IMG/VR virus record: IMGVR_UViG_3300031963_000747
Span: 1-27,751 of that record
Source: a virus
Lineage: Duplodnaviria > Caudoviricetes
DNA: 27,751 nucleotides
Reading direction: 5' to 3' (one strand)
Shown piece after piece: positions 1-6,885 of this stretch; positions within the stretch are counted from its first letter, which is position 1, and every line of letters begins with the position of its first letter. Position numbers and translations under genes: made by a program. The notes beneath the pieces were generated by a model. The model made no database searches. It was not told where the DNA came from and saw only the letters and a list, made by a program, of their open reading frames with translations.

Positions 1-100
1 TTAAGCCTGTACCGGCCTTGCCATCCATCGTGTGGGGCTTGGCATAGACGCTGGCTTGACCAACTTCTTTGCCCATCATCTTTTGACTGAATTTAGCCAT
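1..100 (-). CDS. Small basic protein in the virion module, partial (runs off window edge)
   Basis: ATG at 100, 1 nt after the stop of the upstream ORF; MAKFSQKMMGKEVGQASVYAKPHTMDGKAGTGL... is open to the edge. Manually translated. Confidence 0.7.
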   Translation of the reverse strand, partial: MAKFSQKMMGKEVGQASVYAKPHTMDGKAGTGL

Positions 101-101
101 G

Positions 102-269
102 TCATTTCCCCTTGGGTGCAGACGATACGCGCTGGTTCATGACCTTGGCCATGCCGCGCCCGTATTCTTTCATCTGCAAGTTTGTCTTGCCGCCCTTGGC
201 AAGCTTGGTCGGTTTTGCACCGGGGTGCATGTTTGCTTCGTGTTTACGAACTGCTTTTTTCGCGTCCAT
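102..269 (-). CDS. Small Lys/Met-rich protein (55 aa) with LAKGG motif
   Basis: Manually translated MDAKKAVRKHEANMHPGAKPTKLAKGGKTNLQMKEYGRGMAKVMNQRVSSAPKGK; AAGGAG SD upstream; below the ORF-track cutoff. Confidence 0.8.
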   Translation of the reverse strand: MDAKKAVRKHEANMHPGAKPTKLAKGGKTNLQMKEYGRGMAKVMNQRVSSAPKGK

Positions 270-280
270 GTCAGACTCCT

Positions 281-670
281 TTAAGATACCGATATTGTCA
301 CCGTGCCGATCAGCACAGTCAACGCCAATGTGTTGGGTGTAAGAAGCGTATCAAACGATCTTGACCCACCCACCGGGTTCCAGCCCCACTGAATGTCCCG
401 CGATCCGCCGGACAGGTTCCCATCATCGTTTAAACCAGATGTTATGTAGGTGGTGTCCCTACGTGGGTTCCTGAGCGCTTGCGGGTCATCCACGGGGAAT
501 GTTCCAAGCATCAACTGCGGCTGATCTGGGTCCCAGCACTCCGGGCACACCAGCAACTCATACTTGCGCTGCTTGATGATTTCTGTTCTGAGCTGTTTGA
601 GTTTGTATTGCTGACCACAGCGGTCGCACATGGCAATCGCTTTAGGTCCGCTGGCAAACCTATTAGACAT
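281..670 (-). CDS. Conserved phage hypothetical protein with CxxC...CxxC zinc-ribbon (129 aa)
   Basis: Start reassigned to ATG 670 (MSNRFASG), TAATG-coupled to the HNH stop with a GGAGG SD; CDRC and CPEC motifs. Confidence 0.8.
   Translation of the reverse strand: MSNRFASGPKAIAMCDRCGQQYKLKQLRTEIIKQRKYELLVCPECWDPDQPQLMLGTFPVDDPQALRNPRRDTTYITSGLNDDGNLSGGSRDIQWGWNPVGGSRSFDTLLTPNTLALTVLIGTVTISVS
294..322 (-). promoter_or_regulatory. Possible internal sigma70-like promoter
   Basis: TTGACT-17 nt-GACAAT upstream of the SD of the 102..269 ORF; the -10 is weak. Confidence 0.3.
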
Positions 671-1245
671 TATGCAACCTCCATCCGGTTGCCTTTGCGG
701 GAGTTTTCCGAACCGGGTATAACTTGCAAGTTTGTCGGCACGTGAAGACCTGAAACTTTTTTCCCTCTTAAGGGGAGCTTGTGATCTACGTGCCAAGGAA
801 ACCCAAACAACCGTGTTCTGAGTTGTGCCAACTCATACGCCTGCTCAATCATCCAGCAATCATCATCTGTCAGCCAAGCAGGTGTTCGTTGAATCCTAGC
901 CAACTGCCTTTGTCTGGTCCACGCCAGCACCCGCCCTGCGTTTTTACGAGCCCACGCGGCTTTCTCAGCATTTCGCGCTTCGCGGTGTTTGGCCATTGTG
1001 GCTTTTCGAGTGGCCACTATTTTTTCTGGATTTTTCTTGGCGTACAGCTTTTGGGCAATATTTTTTTTCTCCAAAAGAACATCGCGGTTTTCAATGCGAT
1101 ATTTGGCAATCTTAATTTGCGAACACTCAACGCACGACCGATTGCTTACAAGCCTCTCAGAGACGTGACCATGACCGCAGGACTCCCCAGTGAAGTATCT
1201 GGTAAAACCCGCTTCTTTGGCTTCTTTTAAAGAAACTAAAATCAT
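670..1245 (-). CDS. Free-standing HNH homing endonuclease
   Basis: N-terminal YFTGESCGHGH...CVEC module; C-terminal HVDHKLPL...GLHVPTNLQVIPGSENSRKGN HNH core; ATGA and TAATG overlaps with its neighbours. Confidence 0.9.
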   Translation of the reverse strand: MILVSLKEAKEAGFTRYFTGESCGHGHVSERLVSNRSCVECSQIKIAKYRIENRDVLLEKKNIAQKLYAKKNPEKIVATRKATMAKHREARNAEKAAWARKNAGRVLAWTRQRQLARIQRTPAWLTDDDCWMIEQAYELAQLRTRLFGFPWHVDHKLPLRGKKVSGLHVPTNLQVIPGSENSRKGNRMEVA

Positions 1246-1940
1246 GAGCCACCCCCAATTCTTATTGCACGGGGGACAAATCTTACGGCGGCTTTTTCTC
1301 TATCTTCACTTGAGGCCAGTTCCCACGCAGAATCATACTGCTCTTTCAAGACACCCAAGCGCTCCATAGCGCCGGGAATCTTTAGGGCAAGGTGGTAAGC
1401 CAAACCTGCCGTCATTGCCTCGTAGAAGCGGAATGGCATGTCCATGGTGTTGACGCCCGTGCCAGCGTCTTGCATGCGGCGCAAGCGCCAGTACACAAAC
1501 ACGTAGGGCTGCGAGTTGTCTGGGATTGGGTAAACCGTGATTCTTGGCGTGTCAAGACGCTCAATCCAAACCTGAATGGGGCGACCCTGAGCCAGCTTGT
1601 TGGGGATTGTGGCGTAGGTGGAGACGCTGATCCGGGTAATGGTCAGGTCTGCCTGTGTTGAAGAGCTGCCCGCGCCCGTGCGGATTACATGCTCCAACAA
1701 GTCCACCGTGTCGGTTGGGAGGTTGTACGTAGCAGTGCCTGCCACCAGATTGATGGACCCCTGCTCATACGTGAACATGTTCAGGCCACGATTGGCCCAG
1801 TTGGAAAACATGAGGTTCATGGACCGACTGGCCGTGCGCAGGTCGTAACCGGTACGCAGCTCACCACCGGCGCGTTCAAACGCCTCCTCCACGATTTCCG
1901 TGAGGTCCATATTAAAAGCGGTGGTGCCGGAGGTTGCCAT
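1242..1940 (-). CDS. Putative head-tail adaptor / head completion protein
   Basis: 232 aa; helical N-terminus (DLTEIVEEAFERAG) and a QGRP...ITVYPIPD motif typical of podovirus-like adaptors; lies in the structural operon. Confidence 0.6.
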   Translation of the reverse strand: MATSGTTAFNMDLTEIVEEAFERAGGELRTGYDLRTASRSMNLMFSNWANRGLNMFTYEQGSINLVAGTATYNLPTDTVDLLEHVIRTGAGSSSTQADLTITRISVSTYATIPNKLAQGRPIQVWIERLDTPRITVYPIPDNSQPYVFVYWRLRRMQDAGTGVNTMDMPFRFYEAMTAGLAYHLALKIPGAMERLGVLKEQYDSAWELASSEDREKAAVRFVPRAIRIGGGS

Positions 1941-2173
1941 TATCTAAACCCTGCTGTTTTCTTTGCGATGGTCTTGGGTTGACTCACGAATTGCTTCCCT
2001 TTAGCTTTGCCAGCACGTTTTGCCCGCGTTGTCGCAGCGTACTCAGAAGCGCTGAGACTTTTAATCGCAGATTTTGGAAGGTATCGCTCACCCGTGTCAG
2101 AAGATTTTTTACCACTTTTGGTCGTCCAATCTTGTTTGCCCCAATCGCTCAGGGATTTTTGAGGGGCTTTCAT
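1940..2173 (-). CDS. Small basic hypothetical protein (77 aa)
   Basis: Lys-rich ORF with WGKQDWTTKSG...RYLPK; TAATG-coupled to the downstream gene. Confidence 0.8.
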   Translation of the reverse strand: MKAPQKSLSDWGKQDWTTKSGKKSSDTGERYLPKSAIKSLSASEYAATTRAKRAGKAKGKQFVSQPKTIAKKTAGFR

Positions 2174-2174
2174 G

Positions 2175-2450
2175 TCAGTCTCGGTACCCGCCGCCAGCGG
2201 CCTTGTACTTCTTGGCTACGAGCTGGGCTTTTCTCGCGCTCCATTGCCCTGCGCCGGTGCCCTGCGTTGCAGCAGACTTGACTTGGCTCACAATCCGCTT
2301 GCGCAGCTCGGGCTTAGTGTAATTGCCAGCCACATTGACTGTGCCGCCTTCAGCGTATTGCGTGAAGTCAGTGTCATCCCGGCGGGCTTTACGCTTGCCG
2401 GAAGGCATCTTGGATGGGAGGATGGCTCCCATGCCTCGACTGGCTCTCAT
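2175..2450 (-). CDS. Small basic hypothetical protein (91 aa), YAEGG motif, GQWSARKAQL...YKAAGGGY tail
   Basis: Start reassigned to ATG 2450 (MRASRGMG), 1 nt after the upstream stop. Confidence 0.75.
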   Translation of the reverse strand: MRASRGMGAILPSKMPSGKRKARRDDTDFTQYAEGGTVNVAGNYTKPELRKRIVSQVKSAATQGTGAGQWSARKAQLVAKKYKAAGGGYRD

Positions 2451-2451
2451 A

Positions 2452-2691
2452 TCAGCACATCCCGCCGCCAGCCATCTTGACCATTGCACCCTTGGTGTGA
2501 CCCTTGGTCACGCAGCCGTCGGCACGAGTCACGCCACCCTTAGCGTAGCCTTTTTGGCCGCGAATGGCGTCACGCGGGTCTTTAGAGGGCGCAACAGAAG
2601 TACGCTTGTTGTACTCGCGCTCAGCCTTCTCACGGTCCTTGGCGTCCTTGGCCTCTTGCATGGCCTCTTCAATCATTTGCTGTGTTGCCAT
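2452..2691 (-). CDS. Small protein with YAKGG / RADG..TKGHTKG / MAGGG motifs
   Basis: AAGGAG SD precedes ATG 2691; C-terminus is paralogous to 2701..3087. Confidence 0.8.
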   Translation of the reverse strand: MATQQMIEEAMQEAKDAKDREKAEREYNKRTSVAPSKDPRDAIRGQKGYAKGGVTRADGCVTKGHTKGAMVKMAGGGMC

Positions 2692-2700
2692 GATCACTCC

Positions 2701-3087
2701 TTAACAGGTTTTGCCGCCACGCGCCATCTTGACCATGGTGCCTTTGGTTTTACCCTTAGTGGCCATGCCGTCACGGCTTGGCGCCGCAGTTTTCACTGAA
2801 CCCATCTTGGTCGTACCGATTGAACCACCGGCTTTGTAGCCTTTGGCTTCGGCCATCTCGTGCTTGATCATGGACTTGGGAGCGCCCTTCTTTTTCATGA
2901 AGGCCATCTCTTTGCCAACCATTGCTTTAGATTCTTTCATATCGCCACCTTTTGAAAATTTGCGGCTCTTGTCCGCGTTGGAAAAATCTTTACCCACGGA
3001 CTGTGGGACACCCACCTTCTTCGCAAACTCCGGGCTGTGAGCCACGGCGCTCATGAAGTTGTGCTGCTTTTTACTCGTGGTGGGCAT
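2701..3087 (-). CDS. Lys/Met-rich protein with three x-x-x-GG motifs
   Basis: 128 aa ORF with FSKGG, YKAGG, MARGG and RDGMATKGKTKG. Confidence 0.8.
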   Translation of the reverse strand: MPTTSKKQHNFMSAVAHSPEFAKKVGVPQSVGKDFSNADKSRKFSKGGDMKESKAMVGKEMAFMKKKGAPKSMIKHEMAEAKGYKAGGSIGTTKMGSVKTAAPSRDGMATKGKTKGTMVKMARGGKTC

Positions 3088-3316
3088 TTCCGCCCCTCAA
3101 GTTGTCAATCTTACGCTCAAGCCTGTCAAATCTATCCAGCAACTGCTGCATGTCAGCACGAAACTCTGACCGAGTAATGTGGTCACGCGCAACTTCCTCG
3201 CGGGTCTTGTTCAGCAAAATGCTGAGCCGATCCAACTCGTCAAACTTGCCTTTAAGCAAAAAGCCCATGACCGCCACAATGGCGCTCAAGGCCGCATTCC
3301 ACAACATCATTTCCAT
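3071..3316 (-). CDS. Small membrane protein (one N-terminal TM helix plus coiled coil); holin-like role possible
   Basis: Start at ATG 3316 (MEMMLWNAALSAIVAVMGFLL); hydrophobic N-terminus followed by a heptad-like C-terminus. Confidence 0.7.
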   Translation of the reverse strand: MEMMLWNAALSAIVAVMGFLLKGKFDELDRLSILLNKTREEVARDHITRSEFRADMQQLLDRFDRLERKIDNLRGGNAHHE

Positions 3317-3776
3317 GTCAGCACTTCCATCGCGCCAGTGACGCGGCTTGATTTGCAGTCGTTCCAAGTCTGTTGAGCTCTCCAGACTGGATCAAGGGGT
3401 GTAATCGACCGTGTTCAACAAAATGCAGCACACGAAGATTCTCTACGCGATTATCACCGTGAACGCCGTTTTTGTGGTCAACCTGATCGCCTTTTTCAAG
3501 CGGTTTAATGAAGGCGTCCGCAACCAGTCTGTGAACTAAAAACGCCTTGCAACGCTCAGTCCTTAATCCGCCATTACGAAATCTAACTTCAATGTAAGGC
3601 TTTGTCCTGCCGGTGTCTTTTTTTGGGGTGAGGGCCATAATTTTTTCAGGCATAGGCACATCTGCCCCAGCTCTTCCACGGCGAACTCTGGCAAGTGACT
3701 TTACCCGCCCCATGTTGCTTACTTGGTAGCGTCCTTCGTAGTTACGAATGTCGGCCCACATTTCAGCACTTCCATC
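3314..3776. repeat. Direct repeat bracketing the NUMOD4-HNH gene (14 bp identical: 3318-3331 and 3763-3776)
   Basis: TCAGCACTTCCATC on the + strand at both ends; on the - strand both read ..GA TGG AAG TGC TGA-n-ATG. Confidence 0.9.
3318..3761 (-). CDS. NUMOD4-HNH homing endonuclease (147 aa)
   Basis: Start at ATG 3761; WADIRNYEGRYQVSNMGRVKS (NUMOD4) and VHRLVADAFI...VDHKNG..GDNRVENL (HNH_3-type). Confidence 0.93.
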   Translation of the reverse strand: MWADIRNYEGRYQVSNMGRVKSLARVRRGRAGADVPMPEKIMALTPKKDTGRTKPYIEVRFRNGGLRTERCKAFLVHRLVADAFIKPLEKGDQVDHKNGVHGDNRVENLRVLHFVEHGRLHPLIQSGELNRLGTTANQAASLARWKC

Positions 3777-4005
3777 TTTGCATTGATGCTCTTGCACGGC
3801 TACCCTTTTCAGACTTTTCTGCGATAGGTGCCATTCTAGCGCAGAACGAGTCCTTGCGCTTGCCACCCTGCGGCTGCGGGGCTTTGAGGTTGCTGCCGGT
3901 TGCTGCATTGTATTTGGCGCGGCCTTTGGCTGTCAGCCCAGCACCCTTGGAGGCTGGTAACTTCTCACCACGACCGATTGCGAGGGATGGGGTCTTCTTA
4001 GCCAT
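3763..4005 (-). CDS. Small basic conserved phage protein (80 aa), GLTAKGRAKYN...SFCARM...RWKC
   Basis: Clean ORF overlapping the glycosyltransferase stop; its C-terminus is echoed by the downstream HNH. Confidence 0.85.
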   Translation of the reverse strand: MAKKTPSLAIGRGEKLPASKGAGLTAKGRAKYNAATGSNLKAPQPQGGKRKDSFCARMAPIAEKSEKGSRARASMQRWKC

Positions 4006-4747
4006 TGACGACTTTCAGTTTGGGTGTGCAGTGCTGCTCGATCAGCGGCATCAGCACAGCTTCTTTGAAACTGCGGTGGTATTCCTGAGAGCCAACGTGC
4101 GGCAGGGTGATCTCTGGGTCAATAAAGACCGTGAATCCGTCCGCCCGGGCGCGCTTGCAGAACGTGTAGTCCTCGCCAACGTACTGCCCATTGGTCAACT
4201 CAAAGTCAAACAGGGCGCTCTCGTTGCGGTTGTACACATCATTGAAGTACGTCCACTCGGGGTGAGCTGCAACCAGCTTCTCCAACACATGGCGCTGGAT
4301 CATCATGAAGCCTGTGGCCACATTCTCAACCCGCAGCATCCCGTGAGCATCAAACTCAAGGGTGTTGTTCTGGTCGATGTAGATGTCCAAGAAGAACTTG
4401 CGATCTTCTGCGCGGCGGGTGTACATACCAGCGGTGATGTCCTTGCCGGTGCTCAACGCCAGCAGGCGAAGAATAGACTCTGCGTCCACCACGATGTCGG
4501 CATCGACAAACAGCATGTCTGTGCAGTCCGACTCAAGGAAGTTGGCAACCAGAATGTTTCTGGCCTTGGTGATAAGAGAGCAGCCCGACAGATGCGACAG
4601 TTGAACTTGGACACCAAACTGCGAAGCCTTGACCACCAAATCGGCCAAGGCAAACGAAGTCTTGATGTTCAGTTTGCCATCGTATGCAGGGATCGCAATC
4701 ATCATTTTGCGACCTGCAATGTCCATCGGGCGCGTCTCTTCAGCCAT
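3998..4747 (-). CDS. GT-A fold glycosyltransferase-like protein
   Basis: IAIPAY N-terminal strand, ARN, MLFVDADI (DxD), ATGFMMIQR and GEDYTFC motifs. Confidence 0.8.
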   Translation of the reverse strand: MAEETRPMDIAGRKMMIAIPAYDGKLNIKTSFALADLVVKASQFGVQVQLSHLSGCSLITKARNILVANFLESDCTDMLFVDADIVVDAESILRLLALSTGKDITAGMYTRRAEDRKFFLDIYIDQNNTLEFDAHGMLRVENVATGFMMIQRHVLEKLVAAHPEWTYFNDVYNRNESALFDFELTNGQYVGEDYTFCKRARADGFTVFIDPEITLPHVGSQEYHRSFKEAVLMPLIEQHCTPKLKVVNG

Positions 4748-5261
4748 AGAACACCGTTACAAACGCAGCATTGGTCAAATTAACATACAACCCTTGGACC
4801 GCAAGAGAACCTTCACCCGGCAACAAAATATTTACAGGGGTGGTTTGACTGGTCGCGGTAAGAAAACTTGTAATCCATCGACCACCAGTGCCATCCACAT
4901 ACTTACATGCCGTACCCGGAGTAACTGTTCCAGAGTTAATGTCAGTAACAGTAAATGTGTTTGCGTCGGTTACGGTAATCGTATAGTTGCCATTGGTGGC
5001 AGATGCGCCTGCCGCAGACTGGAATTCGATCCCAACCCTGTCGCCGGTTTTCAAGCCATGAGCACTTTTTGTGATGGTAACGGTAGCGCTGGAACGCCCA
5101 TATGTGGCGCTGATGGGGGCTACGCTGGTGTCAAAAACATCCACCGAGCCTGCCCCGCCTCCACTACCTTGAAAAATAATAGATTTGACGCGTGTACGCC
5201 CGAGCACAATAAAACCAGAGGTATCAATATGCCCACTTAAAACGTCTGTCTGCATCGACAT
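4740..5261 (-). CDS. Putative virion protein with beta-rich insert (VTIT..AHGLKTGD...NGNYTITVTDANTFTV)
   Basis: AAGGAG SD before ATG 5261; Thr/Gly/Ser-rich; in the structural operon. Confidence 0.7.
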   Translation of the reverse strand: MSMQTDVLSGHIDTSGFIVLGRTRVKSIIFQGSGGGAGSVDVFDTSVAPISATYGRSSATVTITKSAHGLKTGDRVGIEFQSAAGASATNGNYTITVTDANTFTVTDINSGTVTPGTACKYVDGTGGRWITSFLTATSQTTPVNILLPGEGSLAVQGLYVNLTNAAFVTVFYG

Positions 5262-5275
5262 AATCAAGCTCCTTT

Positions 5276-5296
5276 AAAACAGGGGCCGAAGCCCCA
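5276..5296 (-). terminator. Intrinsic terminator-like hairpin
   Basis: GGGGC-TTCG-GCCCC followed by TGTTTT on the - strand, just after the 5305..5823 stop. Confidence 0.7.
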
Positions 5297-5304
5297 GAGG
5301 TTGA

Positions 5305-5823
5305 TTAGGCAGTGCGTGTAAACACGTATGCAGTGGCGCTGGAGAACATGATTGTGAATCGTGCCAGACCAGTAGCGCCAGCGGCGATTGTCAAGTCACC
5401 AAAACTGCCGGGGGTATCAGCAGCAGCGCTAGACAAAATGCCGTTGGTTGCGACAGCGATGGTCACAGTTGATGCGCCAGCGGTGTTGTCCACATACAGG
5501 TCCATCACGGTGCCAGCGGTTGCGCTCAAAGCCGCGCCAAGCAAAGTGCCAGTAGGCAAAGTGATGACGGTTGCTGCTGCGGATGTAGAGGTGATGTAGC
5601 CGGTGATAACCTGAGCAGCAGTGGCTGTTGCAGTGGCGTTAATCGCAACAGTTGTTGGGTGGTTTTGATCAGTGAAGACCAAATTGGTGGTCGTCAGATT
5701 GGTCACGCTGGTCGTAGCGCCAAAGGTGGCATCGACGGTAACTGCGCCAGTAGTGGCGCTGACAGAGATGTCTTGAAAGCCGTTCTCGGAACGAACTGGA
5801 CCGGAAAAAGTCGTATTGCTCAT
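5305..5823 (-). CDS. Thr/Ala-rich putative capsid-associated or decoration protein
   Basis: 172 aa; N-terminal TTFSGPVRSENGF motif; follows the capsid gene; GAGG SD. Confidence 0.75.
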   Translation of the reverse strand: MSNTTFSGPVRSENGFQDISVSATTGAVTVDATFGATTSVTNLTTTNLVFTDQNHPTTVAINATATATAAQVITGYITSTSAAATVITLPTGTLLGAALSATAGTVMDLYVDNTAGASTVTIAVATNGILSSAAADTPGSFGDLTIAAGATGLARFTIMFSSATAYVFTRTA

Positions 5824-5830
5824 GATGATT

Positions 5831-5910
5831 CCTCACATGCGAGTTGAGGTGCATCTGTCTGCATGTCGTCGGCCCGGAGCCGTCAGATACACCGGAAAAG
5901 TCCGGGGGTG
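5831..5910 (-). ncRNA. Structured RNA with double pseudoknot, candidate Mu-gpT-DE-like element
   Basis: Three interleaved pairings: 5901-5906 with 5873-5878, 5884-5893 with 5848-5857 (one G-U), and 5861-5866 with 5835-5840. It lies directly downstream of a Mu-gpT-like capsid gene. The family assignment rests on context and was not searched. Confidence 0.65.
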
Positions 5911-5915
5911 GTGGC

Positions 5916-5944
5916 AATATACATCAAAAGAAAAAGGGGCACAA
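5916..5944 (-). promoter_or_regulatory. Sigma70-like promoter embedded in the capsid terminator
   Basis: TTGTGC-17 nt-TATATT; predicted TSS near 5909, just before the first stem of the structured RNA. Confidence 0.5.
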
Positions 5945-5955
5945 GGCCCCTTTTT
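5926..5955 (-). terminator. Intrinsic (potentially bidirectional) terminator after the major capsid gene
   Basis: AAAAAGGGGC-cttgt-GCCCCTTTTTCTTTT on the - strand. Confidence 0.85.
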
Positions 5956-5966
5956 CAGTTCCCGGA

Positions 5967-6875
5967 TTAAGCGCCGGGGGAGCCGTAGATGCCCAATGGA
6001 TCGGAAACACCGAAACTGTAACGTTCACGAGCTTTGTAGCGAACGTTCCCAGTGTCAAAATCCCCGTCCATGGAATTCGCCAGAGGCGAACGAACGAAGT
6101 GTTTCAGACCGTTAGGTACATCAGTCAACAGGAACCAAGCGTTGGTGTCAGTCAAGAAGTTGTTGACTGTGTAACCACCGGGGATGGAGCCGTTGTTCTT
6201 GATGGCGTTGATATCGTTGTCAGCAGTGCCAACGCGGAGTTCAGTTTCCAATAAGCGGGTTGCAACGAATTGCAGGCTTGGAGGAACCACCAGCTTCTTT
6301 GGCTTAGCTGCAATCAGCAAACCGCGTTCGTCTGTCCAAGCAGCGATCTGAATGACGGCGTTTTCCAACGAAGTCTCGTTCAGGTCGGCAGGAGTAGCCG
6401 GACGGTTGCTGTTTACACCACCAGAGATCAGAGGGTGAGCAGTCGAGAACAGGGTAACGCCGTCGCCGTAAGTTACGCCAGCGGTGAAACCAGTGTTCAA
6501 GATAGCTGCACCTTTGACCTGCTTGGTGTAAGCCATGCCACGGGCCAGAGCCTTGGTGTAGCGGCTAGACAAGCTGTCATACAGGTTGTCTTCCACAGCT
6601 TCTTCAGTGATGGAGAAGCCCAAAGCGATGGTTTCGTGGGTGTATCGAGCTGTGAAGGCTTCCTGAGCGTTGTCATAAGCGATGGCAGCGCCTTCGTTCT
6701 TGACAGGGGCTGCGGAGAAGCCAGACAACTTAACCTCTTCTTCAAAGCTACGCTCAGAAGTCTCGGTCTCGTAGATTTCCTTGTGCTGTTCGCCGTACTT
6801 AGCGTACTCCAAACCAAACAAGGCGTTCAAGCCGGGAAGAAGTTCTTTCAGCAGTTGTGCGCGTGAAATAGCCAT
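5967..6875 (-). CDS. Major capsid protein (Mu gpT-like family)
   Basis: 302 aa; MAISRAQLLKELLPGLNALFGLEY start, PKKLVVPP, AWFL, YKARERYSFGVSDP end; strong SD; follows the scaffold and is followed by a terminator. Confidence 0.88.
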   Translation of the reverse strand: MAISRAQLLKELLPGLNALFGLEYAKYGEQHKEIYETETSERSFEEEVKLSGFSAAPVKNEGAAIAYDNAQEAFTARYTHETIALGFSITEEAVEDNLYDSLSSRYTKALARGMAYTKQVKGAAILNTGFTAGVTYGDGVTLFSTAHPLISGGVNSNRPATPADLNETSLENAVIQIAAWTDERGLLIAAKPKKLVVPPSLQFVATRLLETELRVGTADNDINAIKNNGSIPGGYTVNNFLTDTNAWFLLTDVPNGLKHFVRSPLANSMDGDFDTGNVRYKARERYSFGVSDPLGIYGSPGA

Positions 6876-6885
6876 GATTTACTCC

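Noticed and set aside
3318-3776. Group I intron or IS-type target-site duplication around the HNH genes
   Set aside because: There is no non-coding room for a ribozyme core, no transposase and no terminal inverted repeats. The duplications are diverged at codon level rather than exact.
3762-3908. ORF-track extension of the NUMOD4-HNH; likewise 671..796, 14735..14827 and 23771..23854
   Set aside because: These overlap real upstream genes or promoters; the downstream ATGs have SD, coupling or promoter support.
3695-4783. 362-aa + strand ORF, and similar long antisense ORFs at 6781..7593, 10365..11339, 12107..12745 and 15933..16790
   Set aside because: They lie antisense to well-supported genes and show no recognisable motifs; they are explained as codon-bias shadows.
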